Origin: a virus
Lineage: Duplodnaviria > Caudoviricetes
Length of the DNA stretch: 33,625 nt
Virus record (IMG/VR): IMGVR_UViG_3300022934_003742
Span: 1-33,625 of that record
Reading direction: 5' to 3' (one strand)
Under the pieces are notes generated by a model. That model ran no database searches and was not told where the DNA came from. It worked only from the letters and a program-made list of their open reading frames with translations. Every line of letters begins with the position of its first letter. Position 1 is the first letter of the stretch. The translations under genes were made by a program, and so were the position numbers. Positions 16,640 to 25,116 of the stretch are shown piece after piece.

Positions 16640-17138
16640 CTACACTTTTGATGTAGATAAAATTTTAAATGTATATTACTCATTAAAGGAAATGCCATCT
16701 TTAAACGATAGAGATCAAATATGTATAACATCAAAAAACTTTATTGAGGGGACTGGAAATCTAGATTATAAAAACACCGGAGTAAAGGAATCGTTATTTA
16801 CAGATCTTCATCCTACACTTAAAAATACATACATTGAAGAAGTATACGATCAAGTGAATAGCATAGTTTCAGTGTGTAGAATAAGATTTATGAATATGAG
16901 ACCCAGAACAACATACAGATTACATAAAGACCCATCTTGGAGATTACATATACCATTAATACAGCCTCATGGAAGTTACTATATAGTCAATGACACTCTA
17001 AATGTTATGCCTGAAATTGGTAGACTATACTTCTTGAATACTAAAGAAATGCATTGTGCTGTCAATGCTTCAGTTGAAGAAAGATTAAATTTTATGTTTT
17101 CAATAGATCAAAATGTGAGTGATATACCTTGCCTATAG
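16617..17138 (+). CDS. Aspartyl/asparaginyl beta-hydroxylase-like Fe(II)/2OG oxygenase
   Basis: RIRFM, YRLHKD, RLHIPL, NTKEMHCAVN...ERLN. Confidence 0.8.
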   Translation: MDLFKPLNYTFDVDKILNVYYSLKEMPSLNDRDQICITSKNFIEGTGNLDYKNTGVKESLFTDLHPTLKNTYIEEVYDQVNSIVSVCRIRFMNMRPRTTYRLHKDPSWRLHIPLIQPHGSYYIVNDTLNVMPEIGRLYFLNTKEMHCAVNASVEERLNFMFSIDQNVSDIPCL

Positions 17139-17803
17139 TTCCCCAAATTAATACGTTTGAAAGAGCGGAAGAGTTCATAAAAGATTGGGAAGATAAAAAG
17201 ATCCTTGATTATGGAGGAAACATAGGATCTCTTTTAACTAATTCGAAGGGATTGATCCATCCCAAAAATTATTCTTGTATTGACGTATCATTAGAAGCAA
17301 TTGATCATGGAAAAAAAATATATCCCGATGCTACATGGATTCACTACGATAGATATAATCCAGCTTTCAATAAAGAATCAGAACTTATAGGATTAGGAGC
17401 ACCTAACTTTAATCATAATAAAAAATATGATATCATTTTTTCACATTCTGTATTTACTCACACAAGTATTGAAGAATGGATTTACATGTATGAAAAGTTC
17501 AAAAAGAATTTAAATCCTAGCGGAATCATGTGTCACACATACATTGATTTTGAATGGAATAATCAAATGGTTGAAAAACTATATCAAAGAAGAATACAAC
17601 AATATGGAGCAACTATCCGCATTGACGATTTTTTTGATTATTGTTACTTTGTGAATAATGATACATTTACTCAAGACTTTCCAACCGACGATAGAAGACA
17701 TGTGGTAAGTTATTACAAAAGAGAATACTTGAAAAAAACGTTTCCTGAGTGTTATTTTAAGAGAGGCATTCACCAAAGTGCAGTATTGTACTCCAATGAT
17801 TAA
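17129..17803 (+). CDS. Class I SAM-dependent methyltransferase
   Basis: ILDYGGNIG, CIDVS, YDIIFSHSVFTH, LNPSG. Confidence 0.85.
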   Translation: MPIVPQINTFERAEEFIKDWEDKKILDYGGNIGSLLTNSKGLIHPKNYSCIDVSLEAIDHGKKIYPDATWIHYDRYNPAFNKESELIGLGAPNFNHNKKYDIIFSHSVFTHTSIEEWIYMYEKFKKNLNPSGIMCHTYIDFEWNNQMVEKLYQRRIQQYGATIRIDDFFDYCYFVNNDTFTQDFPTDDRRHVVSYYKREYLKKTFPECYFKRGIHQSAVLYSND

Positions 17804-18284
17804 AATACTTGACGATAATCTAAAATATTCGTTATCTAAAATTTTGTCTGAGTATCGATTAATTCAACACAATGAGAAAAATTATTCCGATACCAATAAT
17901 GAATCCGAAGGCATTGACTATTGGAGAGTCATTCGTCATAAAGATATGACGTCTGACTACTGCAAAAGAATACAAGAAAAATTCAAAAACTCCTACGACA
18001 TATTCGGCAAGCTTGACGCTAGATTTTATAGACTGTTGGCCAATAGAACTTTACCGTGGCACATTGATAGAGGTACACAATGTTCACTCAATATGGTTTT
18101 AAGTGAAAAGCCAGCACCTATTTTATTTCGTAAAGATAACCAAACCTATGAATATGATTACAAAATAGCTCTTATCAATACACAGCTCGAGCATTCAGTT
18201 TTAAATGGACCTGAAGACAGATTGTTATTTAAGATATCGATATTTGACGAAACTTTTGACTCAGTAGCATCTAAGATAAATTAA
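17796..18284 (+). CDS. Fe(II)/2OG oxygenase-like (cupin/DSBH) protein
   Basis: RFYRL, LPWHID, CSLN, NTQLEHSV...DRLLFK; similar to the C-terminal domain of 15107..16639. Confidence 0.75.
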   Translation: MIKILDDNLKYSLSKILSEYRLIQHNEKNYSDTNNESEGIDYWRVIRHKDMTSDYCKRIQEKFKNSYDIFGKLDARFYRLLANRTLPWHIDRGTQCSLNMVLSEKPAPILFRKDNQTYEYDYKIALINTQLEHSVLNGPEDRLLFKISIFDETFDSVASKIN

Positions 18285-18294
18285 TCTATATCTA

Positions 18295-18480
18295 TTACTT
18301 AATCTTATACCACTCTGTAATATCGTCAGGATCCTTTGTCATGTATTTGCTAATACATGCTACAATGATTTTACCATTAGGTTCGTTTGAGATCACAACC
18401 CAATCCGAAGAGCCAGAAGGTGCGCGAACAACCTCTCCTCTTTGTAGTACTTTGTGTCCTACTTTATCCATTAAGTTCAT
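18295..18480 (-). CDS. Small hypothetical protein
   Basis: AGGAG RBS on minus strand; minus-strand TATAAATA at 18549-18556. Confidence 0.65.
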   Translation of the reverse strand: MNLMDKVGHKVLQRGEVVRAPSGSSDWVVISNEPNGKIIVACISKYMTKDPDDITEWYKIK

Positions 18481-18520
18481 AGGATCTCCTAACTTTTTTT
18501 AGTTTTAGTGCATTTTTTTA

Positions 18521-18556
18521 TTTACTTTTAAAAAAATGTATGGTATAATATTTATA
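18521..18556. promoter_or_regulatory. Early promoter (+) overlapping a late promoter (-)
   Basis: TTTACT 18521-18526, 17 bp, TG-g-TATAAT 18544-18549; TATTTATA 18549-18556. Confidence 0.7.
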
Positions 18557-18581
18557 TAAAATGGAAAAAGAGGAACAAACA

Positions 18582-18806
18582 ATGGGTAAGATCAAATCAC
18601 AAATCATGGAAGCACAGGACGAACTCTTTGCTATCATGGACGTTGAAAACACAGTTTGCACTTCCGAGTGCTTCGACGAATTTGCAGCTACCTTGATGAC
18701 TTCAGGCGGCTTAGCCTACTACGACTGGGCTTACAAGTTTGGCCTTGACATCGAGCGCTTCGTAATCACTGACATCTGGAACGAATACTGGGGAGCTTAC
18801 GCATAA
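18582..18806 (+). CDS. Small acidic hypothetical protein
   Basis: GAGGA RBS; MGKIKSQIMEAQDEL...IWNEYWGAYA. Confidence 0.75.
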   Translation: MGKIKSQIMEAQDELFAIMDVENTVCTSECFDEFAATLMTSGGLAYYDWAYKFGLDIERFVITDIWNEYWGAYA

Positions 18807-18883
18807 TGATTATTGTAAAAGCAGCCTTCGCTATCATGGGCATGTTAATGGTAGCATCACTTCCAATCCTTCTTGTGTGGTAA
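18806..18883 (+). CDS. 25-aa hydrophobic peptide
   Basis: TAATG coupling; MIIVKAAFAIMGMLMVASLPILLVW fills the intergenic gap. Confidence 0.5.
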   Translation: MIIVKAAFAIMGMLMVASLPILLVW

Positions 18884-18897
18884 TAGGAGATATATAA

Positions 18898-19854
18898 ATG
18901 GCACATATGGTAGAAACAATGGCATACGCAGGCGAAGTTCCATGGCATGGACTTGGCGAAAAAGTTTCGAACGATCTAACACCAGTCCAAATGATGGATA
19001 AAGCTGGACTGAATTGGAAAGTTCGTGAACTTGAATCATTTGTTGAGTTCGATGGCAATCGTATGCCAACTGGACAAAAATCTTTGGTTCGTGAATCAGA
19101 TGGTCGAATCCTAACAAATGTTGGGGCAGATTGGAATCCCTGTCAAAACGAAACAGCCTTTGAATTCTTTACTGAATTCGTTATGAATGGTGATATGGAA
19201 ATGCATACTGCTGGTTCACTACGTGATGGCCAAATGGTATGGGCTTTGGCAAAAGTCAAAGAATCATTCCAAGTTTTTGGAGACGATCAAATCGATTCAT
19301 ATTTGCTCTTCTCTAACCCACACCAATATGGTAAATCAATCGACGTACGTTTTACACCAATCCGCGTCGTATGTAACAACACACTTACATTTTCACTTGG
19401 ATCTAAATCTGATAACTCAGTGAAGGTTGGCCACCGTGCTCAATTCGATCCATCTGAAGTAAAGAAAGCTCTTGGTATTGCAAACCAAAAATTGAATACA
19501 TATAAAGAGTACGCGGAATATCTTGGATCAAAAAGGTATACTGCTGATTCGCTGATTGAGTATTACAACTCTGTCTTCCCACGTACTTCGGATAAGAAAG
19601 TACAGGATAAGGCTTTGTCACTTGATACTCTTTCACGTAACGCTCGATTGGCATATGATGCAATCGATCAACAGCCTGGGGCAAAATATGCCGAAGGATC
19701 TTGGTGGCAGGCATTCAATTCTGTTACCTTTATTACTGACCACATTCAAGGTCGTAATGCTGATAACCGTCTGTATTCTTCTTGGTACGGGCAAAATCAA
19801 CTACGTAAGAAAGACGCAATGAAAACAGCATTGGAGTTTGCAGATGCAGCTTAG
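18898..19854 (+). CDS. DUF932/DUF945-like phage/plasmid protein
   Basis: PWHGLG, AGLNWKV, TAGSLRDGQMVWALA, TPIRVVCNNTL, WWQAFNSVT; strong AGGAG RBS. Confidence 0.88.
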   Translation: MAHMVETMAYAGEVPWHGLGEKVSNDLTPVQMMDKAGLNWKVRELESFVEFDGNRMPTGQKSLVRESDGRILTNVGADWNPCQNETAFEFFTEFVMNGDMEMHTAGSLRDGQMVWALAKVKESFQVFGDDQIDSYLLFSNPHQYGKSIDVRFTPIRVVCNNTLTFSLGSKSDNSVKVGHRAQFDPSEVKKALGIANQKLNTYKEYAEYLGSKRYTADSLIEYYNSVFPRTSDKKVQDKALSLDTLSRNARLAYDAIDQQPGAKYAEGSWWQAFNSVTFITDHIQGRNADNRLYSSWYGQNQLRKKDAMKTALEFADAA

Positions 19855-20242
19855 AAAACTTTTACTTACCAGCGCCATCGTATCTTTTACGATGGCCAGT
19901 GGTCTTGCACAAGCGGAGACTGTACAAGACCATTACAAGAATGTTATAATCAAGAAGCCATATTCAGTTCAAGTCTGCACTGAGGGTAATGGTAAATCCG
20001 ATATAACAAATCTCTTAGAAGGTGCTATCATTGGTGGGGCAATTGGTAACAATATCCCCGGTGAAGATGGTGGTGGTGCAATGGGTGCTATCATCGGTGG
20101 TATTCTGAATACTGAAAAGAATAAAGGTCAACAGTGTCGAACAGAAACAAGATATGATGAAGAATATCAGAACGTCTATTCACATTCGACAGTTACCTTT
20201 TATCATGATGGAAGACAATACACATTGAGGTTCAACAAATGA
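19844..20242 (+). CDS. Glycine-zipper 2TM exported protein
   Basis: Signal peptide; GAIIGGAIGN...GAMGAIIGG flanked by two Cys. Confidence 0.8.
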   Translation: MQLRKLLLTSAIVSFTMASGLAQAETVQDHYKNVIIKKPYSVQVCTEGNGKSDITNLLEGAIIGGAIGNNIPGEDGGGAMGAIIGGILNTEKNKGQQCRTETRYDEEYQNVYSHSTVTFYHDGRQYTLRFNK

Positions 20243-20328
20243 TGCCGCCAAATCCACACTATATCAACATGATTATTAACTTCAGTATTTTGGGGATGCT
20301 TGTCTATGTAGCAGTTCAAGTATCATGA
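20239..20328 (+). CDS. 29-aa membrane peptide
   Basis: ATGA overlaps at both ends; MMPPNPHYINMIINFSILGMLVYVAVQVS. Confidence 0.5.
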   Translation: MMPPNPHYINMIINFSILGMLVYVAVQVS

Positions 20329-20471
20329 AGGAGGAACAATATTCTGAAAAAGCGGGTCGGGTTCATGAATGGATGAACCTGAATCCGCACAACGAATGGG
20401 TTCAGAAAACTGGAACTATCTGGCTAAACCATATGTTAAGGAGATCACAAAATGCGAATGAAAGCGCATAG
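20325..20471 (+). CDS. 48-aa hypothetical protein
   Basis: ATGA coupling; MKEEQYSEKAGRVHEWM... Confidence 0.45.
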   Translation: MKEEQYSEKAGRVHEWMNLNPHNEWVQKTGTIWLNHMLRRSQNANESA

Positions 20472-20631
20472 ACCAGAAATGATTGCCGCATGGGCAAAAG
20501 ATTGGAAGCCACAAGGATGGGAAAAACTTGTTGAAGCTTTTGACCCCATTGCCGTCAATAAAAGACGGGAACGGGGAATTAAAGAATACAATCGTCGAAA
20601 GGCTAGAAATGAAAAACAACAAACTTTTTAA
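20452..20631 (+). CDS. 59-aa basic hypothetical protein
   Basis: AAGGAG RBS; MRMKAHRPEMIAAWAKDW...NRRKARNEKQQTF. Confidence 0.6.
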   Translation: MRMKAHRPEMIAAWAKDWKPQGWEKLVEAFDPIAVNKRRERGIKEYNRRKARNEKQQTF

Positions 20632-20644
20632 GAAGGTAAAACAA

Positions 20645-21085
20645 ATGGATCTAGGAAATCCCGTAATCACAGCAGTTGTAGGACTGGTTATTTTCTACAT
20701 CGGCCTTAAAACTTTCTCGGGCGGAATGAAATCTATGGGTAACATGGAACATCTGTCTTGGTTTACTGGCAATATCATTTATATGTTTATTGGCGGTATT
20801 GTCATGACACTGCTTTGGCAATCGTCTTCACTTTCTACTACAGCTATTATTGCATTGGTTGCCAGTGGAGCTATTCCTCTGCCAGCAGCAATTGCTGCAG
20901 TGCTAGGAGCTAACATTGGTACTACTGGTACCATTTGGCTTGCTGGACTATTGGTATCGGATGGTATGCCTAAAGGTGATACACTTCGAATAGCCATGGC
21001 CCATACAGGTGTTAATCTGTTTATGGCCGCAACTCTCCTACCTTGGATACATCACATCGGTAGATTCTTAGGCCGATTTGGATAA
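20645..21085 (+). CDS. Na+/Pi cotransporter family protein (single repeat)
   Basis: GLKTFSGGM, TLLWQSSSLSTT, AAVLGANIGTT, AHTGVN; start at 20645 (AAGGT RBS) or 20609. Confidence 0.85.
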   Translation: MDLGNPVITAVVGLVIFYIGLKTFSGGMKSMGNMEHLSWFTGNIIYMFIGGIVMTLLWQSSSLSTTAIIALVASGAIPLPAAIAAVLGANIGTTGTIWLAGLLVSDGMPKGDTLRIAMAHTGVNLFMAATLLPWIHHIGRFLGRFG

Positions 21086-21102
21086 CAATGAAATAAACTT
21101 TG

Positions 21103-21132
21103 AAAAAAAGCGGTCTTCGGATCGCTTTTTTT
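21103..21132 (+). terminator. Intrinsic (probably bidirectional) terminator with cUUCGg tetraloop
   Basis: A7-GCGGTC-TTCG-GATCGC-T7. Confidence 0.9.
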
Positions 21133-21133
21133 G

Positions 21134-21162
21134 TTTACATTTTATTATAAATAGAGTATATT
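21134..21162 (+). promoter_or_regulatory. Late promoter nested within a possible sigma70 promoter
   Basis: TATAAATA 21146-21153; TTTACA 21134-21139, 17 bp, TATATT 21157-21162. Confidence 0.7.
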
Positions 21163-21179
21163 TAAGTAGAAAGATTAAC

Positions 21180-22592
21180 ATGCTACGCTTTAAAACATTC
21201 TTATTGGAGAAAGGTATGGCAGGTTTTAAACCATTAGCCAAGGCTGCTTGGTTCCAGTATAGAGATGATCGCGATCGTCTAAAAATATTGTTGAAAGCTA
21301 TTAAAGACGGAACACCTGTAACAGGGGTAGATGGAAAAGATATTGAGCTTGCAAACACGAATGATAACAAGAAATCAGTACAAGATTTTATTGACAAAGA
21401 AGATGATCCTAAAGTAAGAACCTTTAATTTAATTGATAAAAAAGGTAAAGTAATCCAATCAAACAAGATTGGTAAATCGCCTTTATTTGGTGGTCAAGGT
21501 GTTGGCGGCGGTGCAACTGCACGTACTGAAGAAGCTGAATCTCTGCAATGTGTTTTCTGTGCGGCAGTTGTTGGAGAAGGACTAAGAAAAGAATTTGGAC
21601 ATTTTACACCTGAGCTATTAGAAAGTTACTATAATAGTAATAAAGTTTCTGTTAGATTGGATTTCGGTGAATTGGTAAATTTAGATCCTAGTTGGTTTCA
21701 ATCTGGTTATATGTCTGCTAGAAAATTACTAGAGGACGGATATATTAATAAGAAACATACATTCCACTGTTCCGATGCTAAAATGAAAGCAGTGTATGAT
21801 GCTAAAGTAGCAGCACTAAGAAGTCAAGGAATGCCGGCAGTACAGAATGACAAATGGAATCCTGGAGATATTTGGGCTATCGAATCTAACTTTAATCCGA
21901 AAGCAAGTCTTGAAAAAGGTGATATCTACGAGCTTAATAAACAAATAAAAGAATTATTCGATAGCAGAACCATGGTAGGTATATCTCTCAAGAAAATTGG
22001 TAGCTTGAAAAAGAGGGTAAATTCAGAAGTTAAAAATTTAGATAAAGTAGAATTGGATGAAGTAACTTTTAAACAGGCTTACGCTAGATCTTATAAATCC
22101 GGTCGTGGTAATTTTATGGGAACTAAAAGTTGTTTTATAACATGGGATACAAAAGGTGAAGCAACATTAAAACCATCGACCGCAATGGCCGCAGTAAATT
22201 TTGAACAAAACCTAAAAGGTGCACGAGGTGGTAAAGCAGGTTGGGGTTATATTATGTATGCCTGCAAAGAATTTTTAGGGGTTACTTTAAAGTCTGCAGC
22301 TTCATATAAAATAGATGCACGTTCAATCAAAAATGGAAATGATAGAGCTACCAAGGATTTTTACAACAAATCTAAATTAATAGAAGATGTTGGTACCTAT
22401 GATGAATTCAAATCCGAAATAACAGGGAAAGCTTTAGATTGGATACATTCTAAATTACAGGGAGTTTTAGTCTGTCATGCATTTAAATCACAGCGTATTA
22501 AGTCTAAGAAAGATGCAGCTGCATCATATTTAGTAAATCACTCTGGTTCAAAAATTGATATATCTTCGGTATATGTAAAGATAAGTGAGTAG
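21180..22592 (+). CDS. Putative PD-(D/E)xK-like nuclease-fold protein with CTS-like N-terminus
   Basis: ESLQC...DKWNPGDIW...VGISLKK motif spacing; begins MLRFKTFLLE. Confidence 0.55.
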   Translation: MLRFKTFLLEKGMAGFKPLAKAAWFQYRDDRDRLKILLKAIKDGTPVTGVDGKDIELANTNDNKKSVQDFIDKEDDPKVRTFNLIDKKGKVIQSNKIGKSPLFGGQGVGGGATARTEEAESLQCVFCAAVVGEGLRKEFGHFTPELLESYYNSNKVSVRLDFGELVNLDPSWFQSGYMSARKLLEDGYINKKHTFHCSDAKMKAVYDAKVAALRSQGMPAVQNDKWNPGDIWAIESNFNPKASLEKGDIYELNKQIKELFDSRTMVGISLKKIGSLKKRVNSEVKNLDKVELDEVTFKQAYARSYKSGRGNFMGTKSCFITWDTKGEATLKPSTAMAAVNFEQNLKGARGGKAGWGYIMYACKEFLGVTLKSAASYKIDARSIKNGNDRATKDFYNKSKLIEDVGTYDEFKSEITGKALDWIHSKLQGVLVCHAFKSQRIKSKKDAAASYLVNHSGSKIDISSVYVKISE

Positions 22593-22594
22593 TA

Positions 22595-23362
22595 ATGGCA
22601 ATTAGTAGACATTTTTCAAATACACATCTAGCCGAATCGGTTGATATATCGGAAGGTAGAGTTCTTAAAACAAATTATATCCATAAGTTTGGCAGAAATC
22701 CAAGTGTAGGTGGTGCACCAGAAACTATTTGGATGCAAGGTGGAGTTTACGAATATTTGACTTCTCCTTCTACTGTTTATGTTACAAGTGATAATGCTGC
22801 TGATGCTGCTGATGGAACTGGAGCAAGGACCGTTACAGTTCAAGGATTGGATGTAAACTATCGTAATGTACAGGAAACATTAACAGTAGGTGGATCTGTT
22901 TCAACAGTAGAATTTTTAAGAGTGTTCCGAGCTTTTATTGTTGAGTCAGGATCTGTTGGAACAAATGTTGGTGATGTGAGAGTTACAACTGGAGCTGGTG
23001 GAAGCGGAACAGTATTAGCAGATATTGGCACTATAGGAACTGGAACAACTTTTGGATTGGGCCAAACACAACTTGCTTTATATACAATTCCAGCACATTG
23101 TACTGGATACTTAACAACTTGGAATGTTGGTGTAGGAGCTTATAACAATAGCGCTACGGTTTCGTTGTATACTCGAGTATTTGATACTGGATATCAGAGT
23201 TTTAGAACAAGAGATATTATGGATGTGCCTGGAGGTTATCACACAAGAAATTATGGTATACCATTGAAAATCCCGGCAAAAACTGATATTGAAATAAGGG
23301 GTATTGCTTCAACTGGTACTTCAATTAGTGCATCTTTTGATCTTATACTAGTGGAAAAATAA
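22595..23362 (+). CDS. Gly/Thr/Val-rich beta-strand protein, probably virion-associated
   Basis: HKFGRNP...ETIW...GTGARTVTVQGLD; composition typical of phage structural proteins. Confidence 0.6.
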   Translation: MAISRHFSNTHLAESVDISEGRVLKTNYIHKFGRNPSVGGAPETIWMQGGVYEYLTSPSTVYVTSDNAADAADGTGARTVTVQGLDVNYRNVQETLTVGGSVSTVEFLRVFRAFIVESGSVGTNVGDVRVTTGAGGSGTVLADIGTIGTGTTFGLGQTQLALYTIPAHCTGYLTTWNVGVGAYNNSATVSLYTRVFDTGYQSFRTRDIMDVPGGYHTRNYGIPLKIPAKTDIEIRGIASTGTSISASFDLILVEK

Positions 23363-24589
23363 ATGAACTTTAAAGAACATATTACAGAACAAAAAAATAC
23401 ACATATGACACACATAGAAGATAGTGTAATCTATGGAGGTGTTAAAGGAGCACGAGAGGCAATACTTGCTCTTCGTTCTCTGAGAGATACATTAGGAGGC
23501 GTACATGATGGAAATGTTAGTGTTAAATGGGACGGTGCTCCTGCTATCTTTGCTGGGACTGATCCTCGTGATGGCAGATTCTTCGTGGCGAAAAAGGGGA
23601 TCTTTAACAAATCTCCCAAAGTATACAAGAGTAATGGCGACGTTGACGCTGATACTTCTGGCGATCTTGCTGACAAGCTTAAACAGGCTTTGGCATATCT
23701 ACCAAGTCTTGGTATAAAAGGAGTAATACAAGGTGATTTTCTGTTTGGACCGGGTGATGTTAAGACTCGAAAGATCAAAGGTAAGTCATATGTTACGTTT
23801 CACCCCAATACCATTGTTTATGCAATTCCAGCTGGGACGGAAATGGCCAAGCAAATTACGTCAGCAAAGATTGGAATCGTATGGCATACGAGCTACACAG
23901 GCAAATCGTTTGAAACGATGAAACAAAAGTTTGGCGTAGATGTATCAAAGCTTAGACCATCAAAGAACGTATGGTCACAAGATGCTATGCTTCGTGATAT
24001 GACACGGTTTACAATGTCACAGAAAGATACAGACGAAGTCAATGAATACTTGTCGACCGCAGGATTTATATTTAATAAGATTGCTGGATCTACGTTAAGA
24101 CAGTTAGAAAACAATCAGCAGCTAGCACAGATGATTGAAACACATGCAAATAGTTATGTTAGAGCTGGGTCACTTCCGCCAGATCCAAAGAAAAGGGTAA
24201 CTGCTCTTATTTCTTTTATTCAAAATAAATTTAAAAAAGAAATGGATAAAAGAACTACAGAAAAGGGTAAAGCAGTACAGCAAAAGAAGCTAGATGAAGT
24301 ACTTAAATTCTTTTCAAATCAAAATAGAAAGTCACTTGAACAGATATTTGAGTTACAAAGAGTAATAGTTCTAGCAAAGTTAAAACTTATAAATATACTT
24401 AATAAATTAAATAAAACACAAACCTTCTTAAAAACAAGGAAGGGTTATCGAGTAACAGGTCAAGAAGGATATGTTGCAATCGATAAGCTTGGTGGTGATG
24501 CGGTGAAGATTGTTGATCGAATGGAATTTTCATTCGCCAACTTTTCGCCAACTGTATTAAAAGGATGGGATAAACCGGGGAGAAAATAA
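23363..24589 (+). CDS. Ligase-like nucleotidyltransferase-fold protein (DUF6267-like)
   Basis: SVKWDG (motif I KxDG), IQGDFLF (III), QEGYV (IV), VKIVDR (V). Confidence 0.65.
   Translation: MNFKEHITEQKNTHMTHIEDSVIYGGVKGAREAILALRSLRDTLGGVHDGNVSVKWDGAPAIFAGTDPRDGRFFVAKKGIFNKSPKVYKSNGDVDADTSGDLADKLKQALAYLPSLGIKGVIQGDFLFGPGDVKTRKIKGKSYVTFHPNTIVYAIPAGTEMAKQITSAKIGIVWHTSYTGKSFETMKQKFGVDVSKLRPSKNVWSQDAMLRDMTRFTMSQKDTDEVNEYLSTAGFIFNKIAGSTLRQLENNQQLAQMIETHANSYVRAGSLPPDPKKRVTALISFIQNKFKKEMDKRTTEKGKAVQQKKLDEVLKFFSNQNRKSLEQIFELQRVIVLAKLKLINILNKLNKTQTFLKTRKGYRVTGQEGYVAIDKLGGDAVKIVDRMEFSFANFSPTVLKGWDKPGRK
24388..24395 (+). promoter_or_regulatory. Intragenic late promoter (putative)
   Basis: TATAAATA about 190 nt upstream of the next gene. 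Confidence 0.4.
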
Positions 24590-25116
24590 TGTCAAGCGTA
24601 ATTCGCTTTAAAGATATTTTTAATCAACAGCCTGCCGAAGACGGCACACCTCTTTCATTTAAAGATATGTATGTAGTAGAGTATAGGCCAGGAGAAGATG
24701 AACTGGTTAACTATAGGGCTATGCGTCGTAAAAGGACATTAAGTGTTGGTGAAGGCGGACCGATTGGTGAGTCGGTGAATCCCGACGAGGTAGATGAAGC
24801 ATTAACCCTTCAGCAAAGACAAAAACGTTCACGTATTATGAAGAGATTGAAAAGCCGTATTAAGATTGGTCGTGAAAGACAGAAACGTAAAATGGCTGAT
24901 AAGGGTAGATTACAAAAACGTGCAGTTAAGCAGGCAAGAAACCAGTTGGTAAAGAAAATTACCAAAGGTAAATCTAAAAAAGATTTATCATTTGCTCGTA
25001 GACAAGAAATTGAAAAAAGGCTTGAAAAGCCTGCAATGAAAAAGCGTATTGAAAGATTAGCAAAGCGTATGTTCCCGTCTATTCGTAGAGCAGAAGTACA
25101 AAGGAAAAAAGGTTGA
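24589..25116 (+). CDS. Highly basic hypothetical protein
   Basis: GGGGAG RBS; K/R-rich C-terminal two-thirds after VDE-A. Confidence 0.8.
   Translation: MSSVIRFKDIFNQQPAEDGTPLSFKDMYVVEYRPGEDELVNYRAMRRKRTLSVGEGGPIGESVNPDEVDEALTLQQRQKRSRIMKRLKSRIKIGRERQKRKMADKGRLQKRAVKQARNQLVKKITKGKSKKDLSFARRQEIEKRLEKPAMKKRIERLAKRMFPSIRRAEVQRKKG

Noticed and set aside
11633-18284. Island as an integrative mobile element or a host contaminant
   Set aside because: No integrase, transposase or terminal repeats seen, and such oxygenase arrays are known in marine T4-like phages; a chimeric assembly cannot be fully excluded without reads
20483-20608. N-terminal extension of the Na+/Pi transporter ORF
   Set aside because: The region is better explained by the RBS-bearing ORF 20452..20631 in another frame
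21078-21179. N-terminal extension of the 504-aa ORF
   Set aside because: It spans a terminator and a late promoter; ATG 21180 gives the CTS-like start
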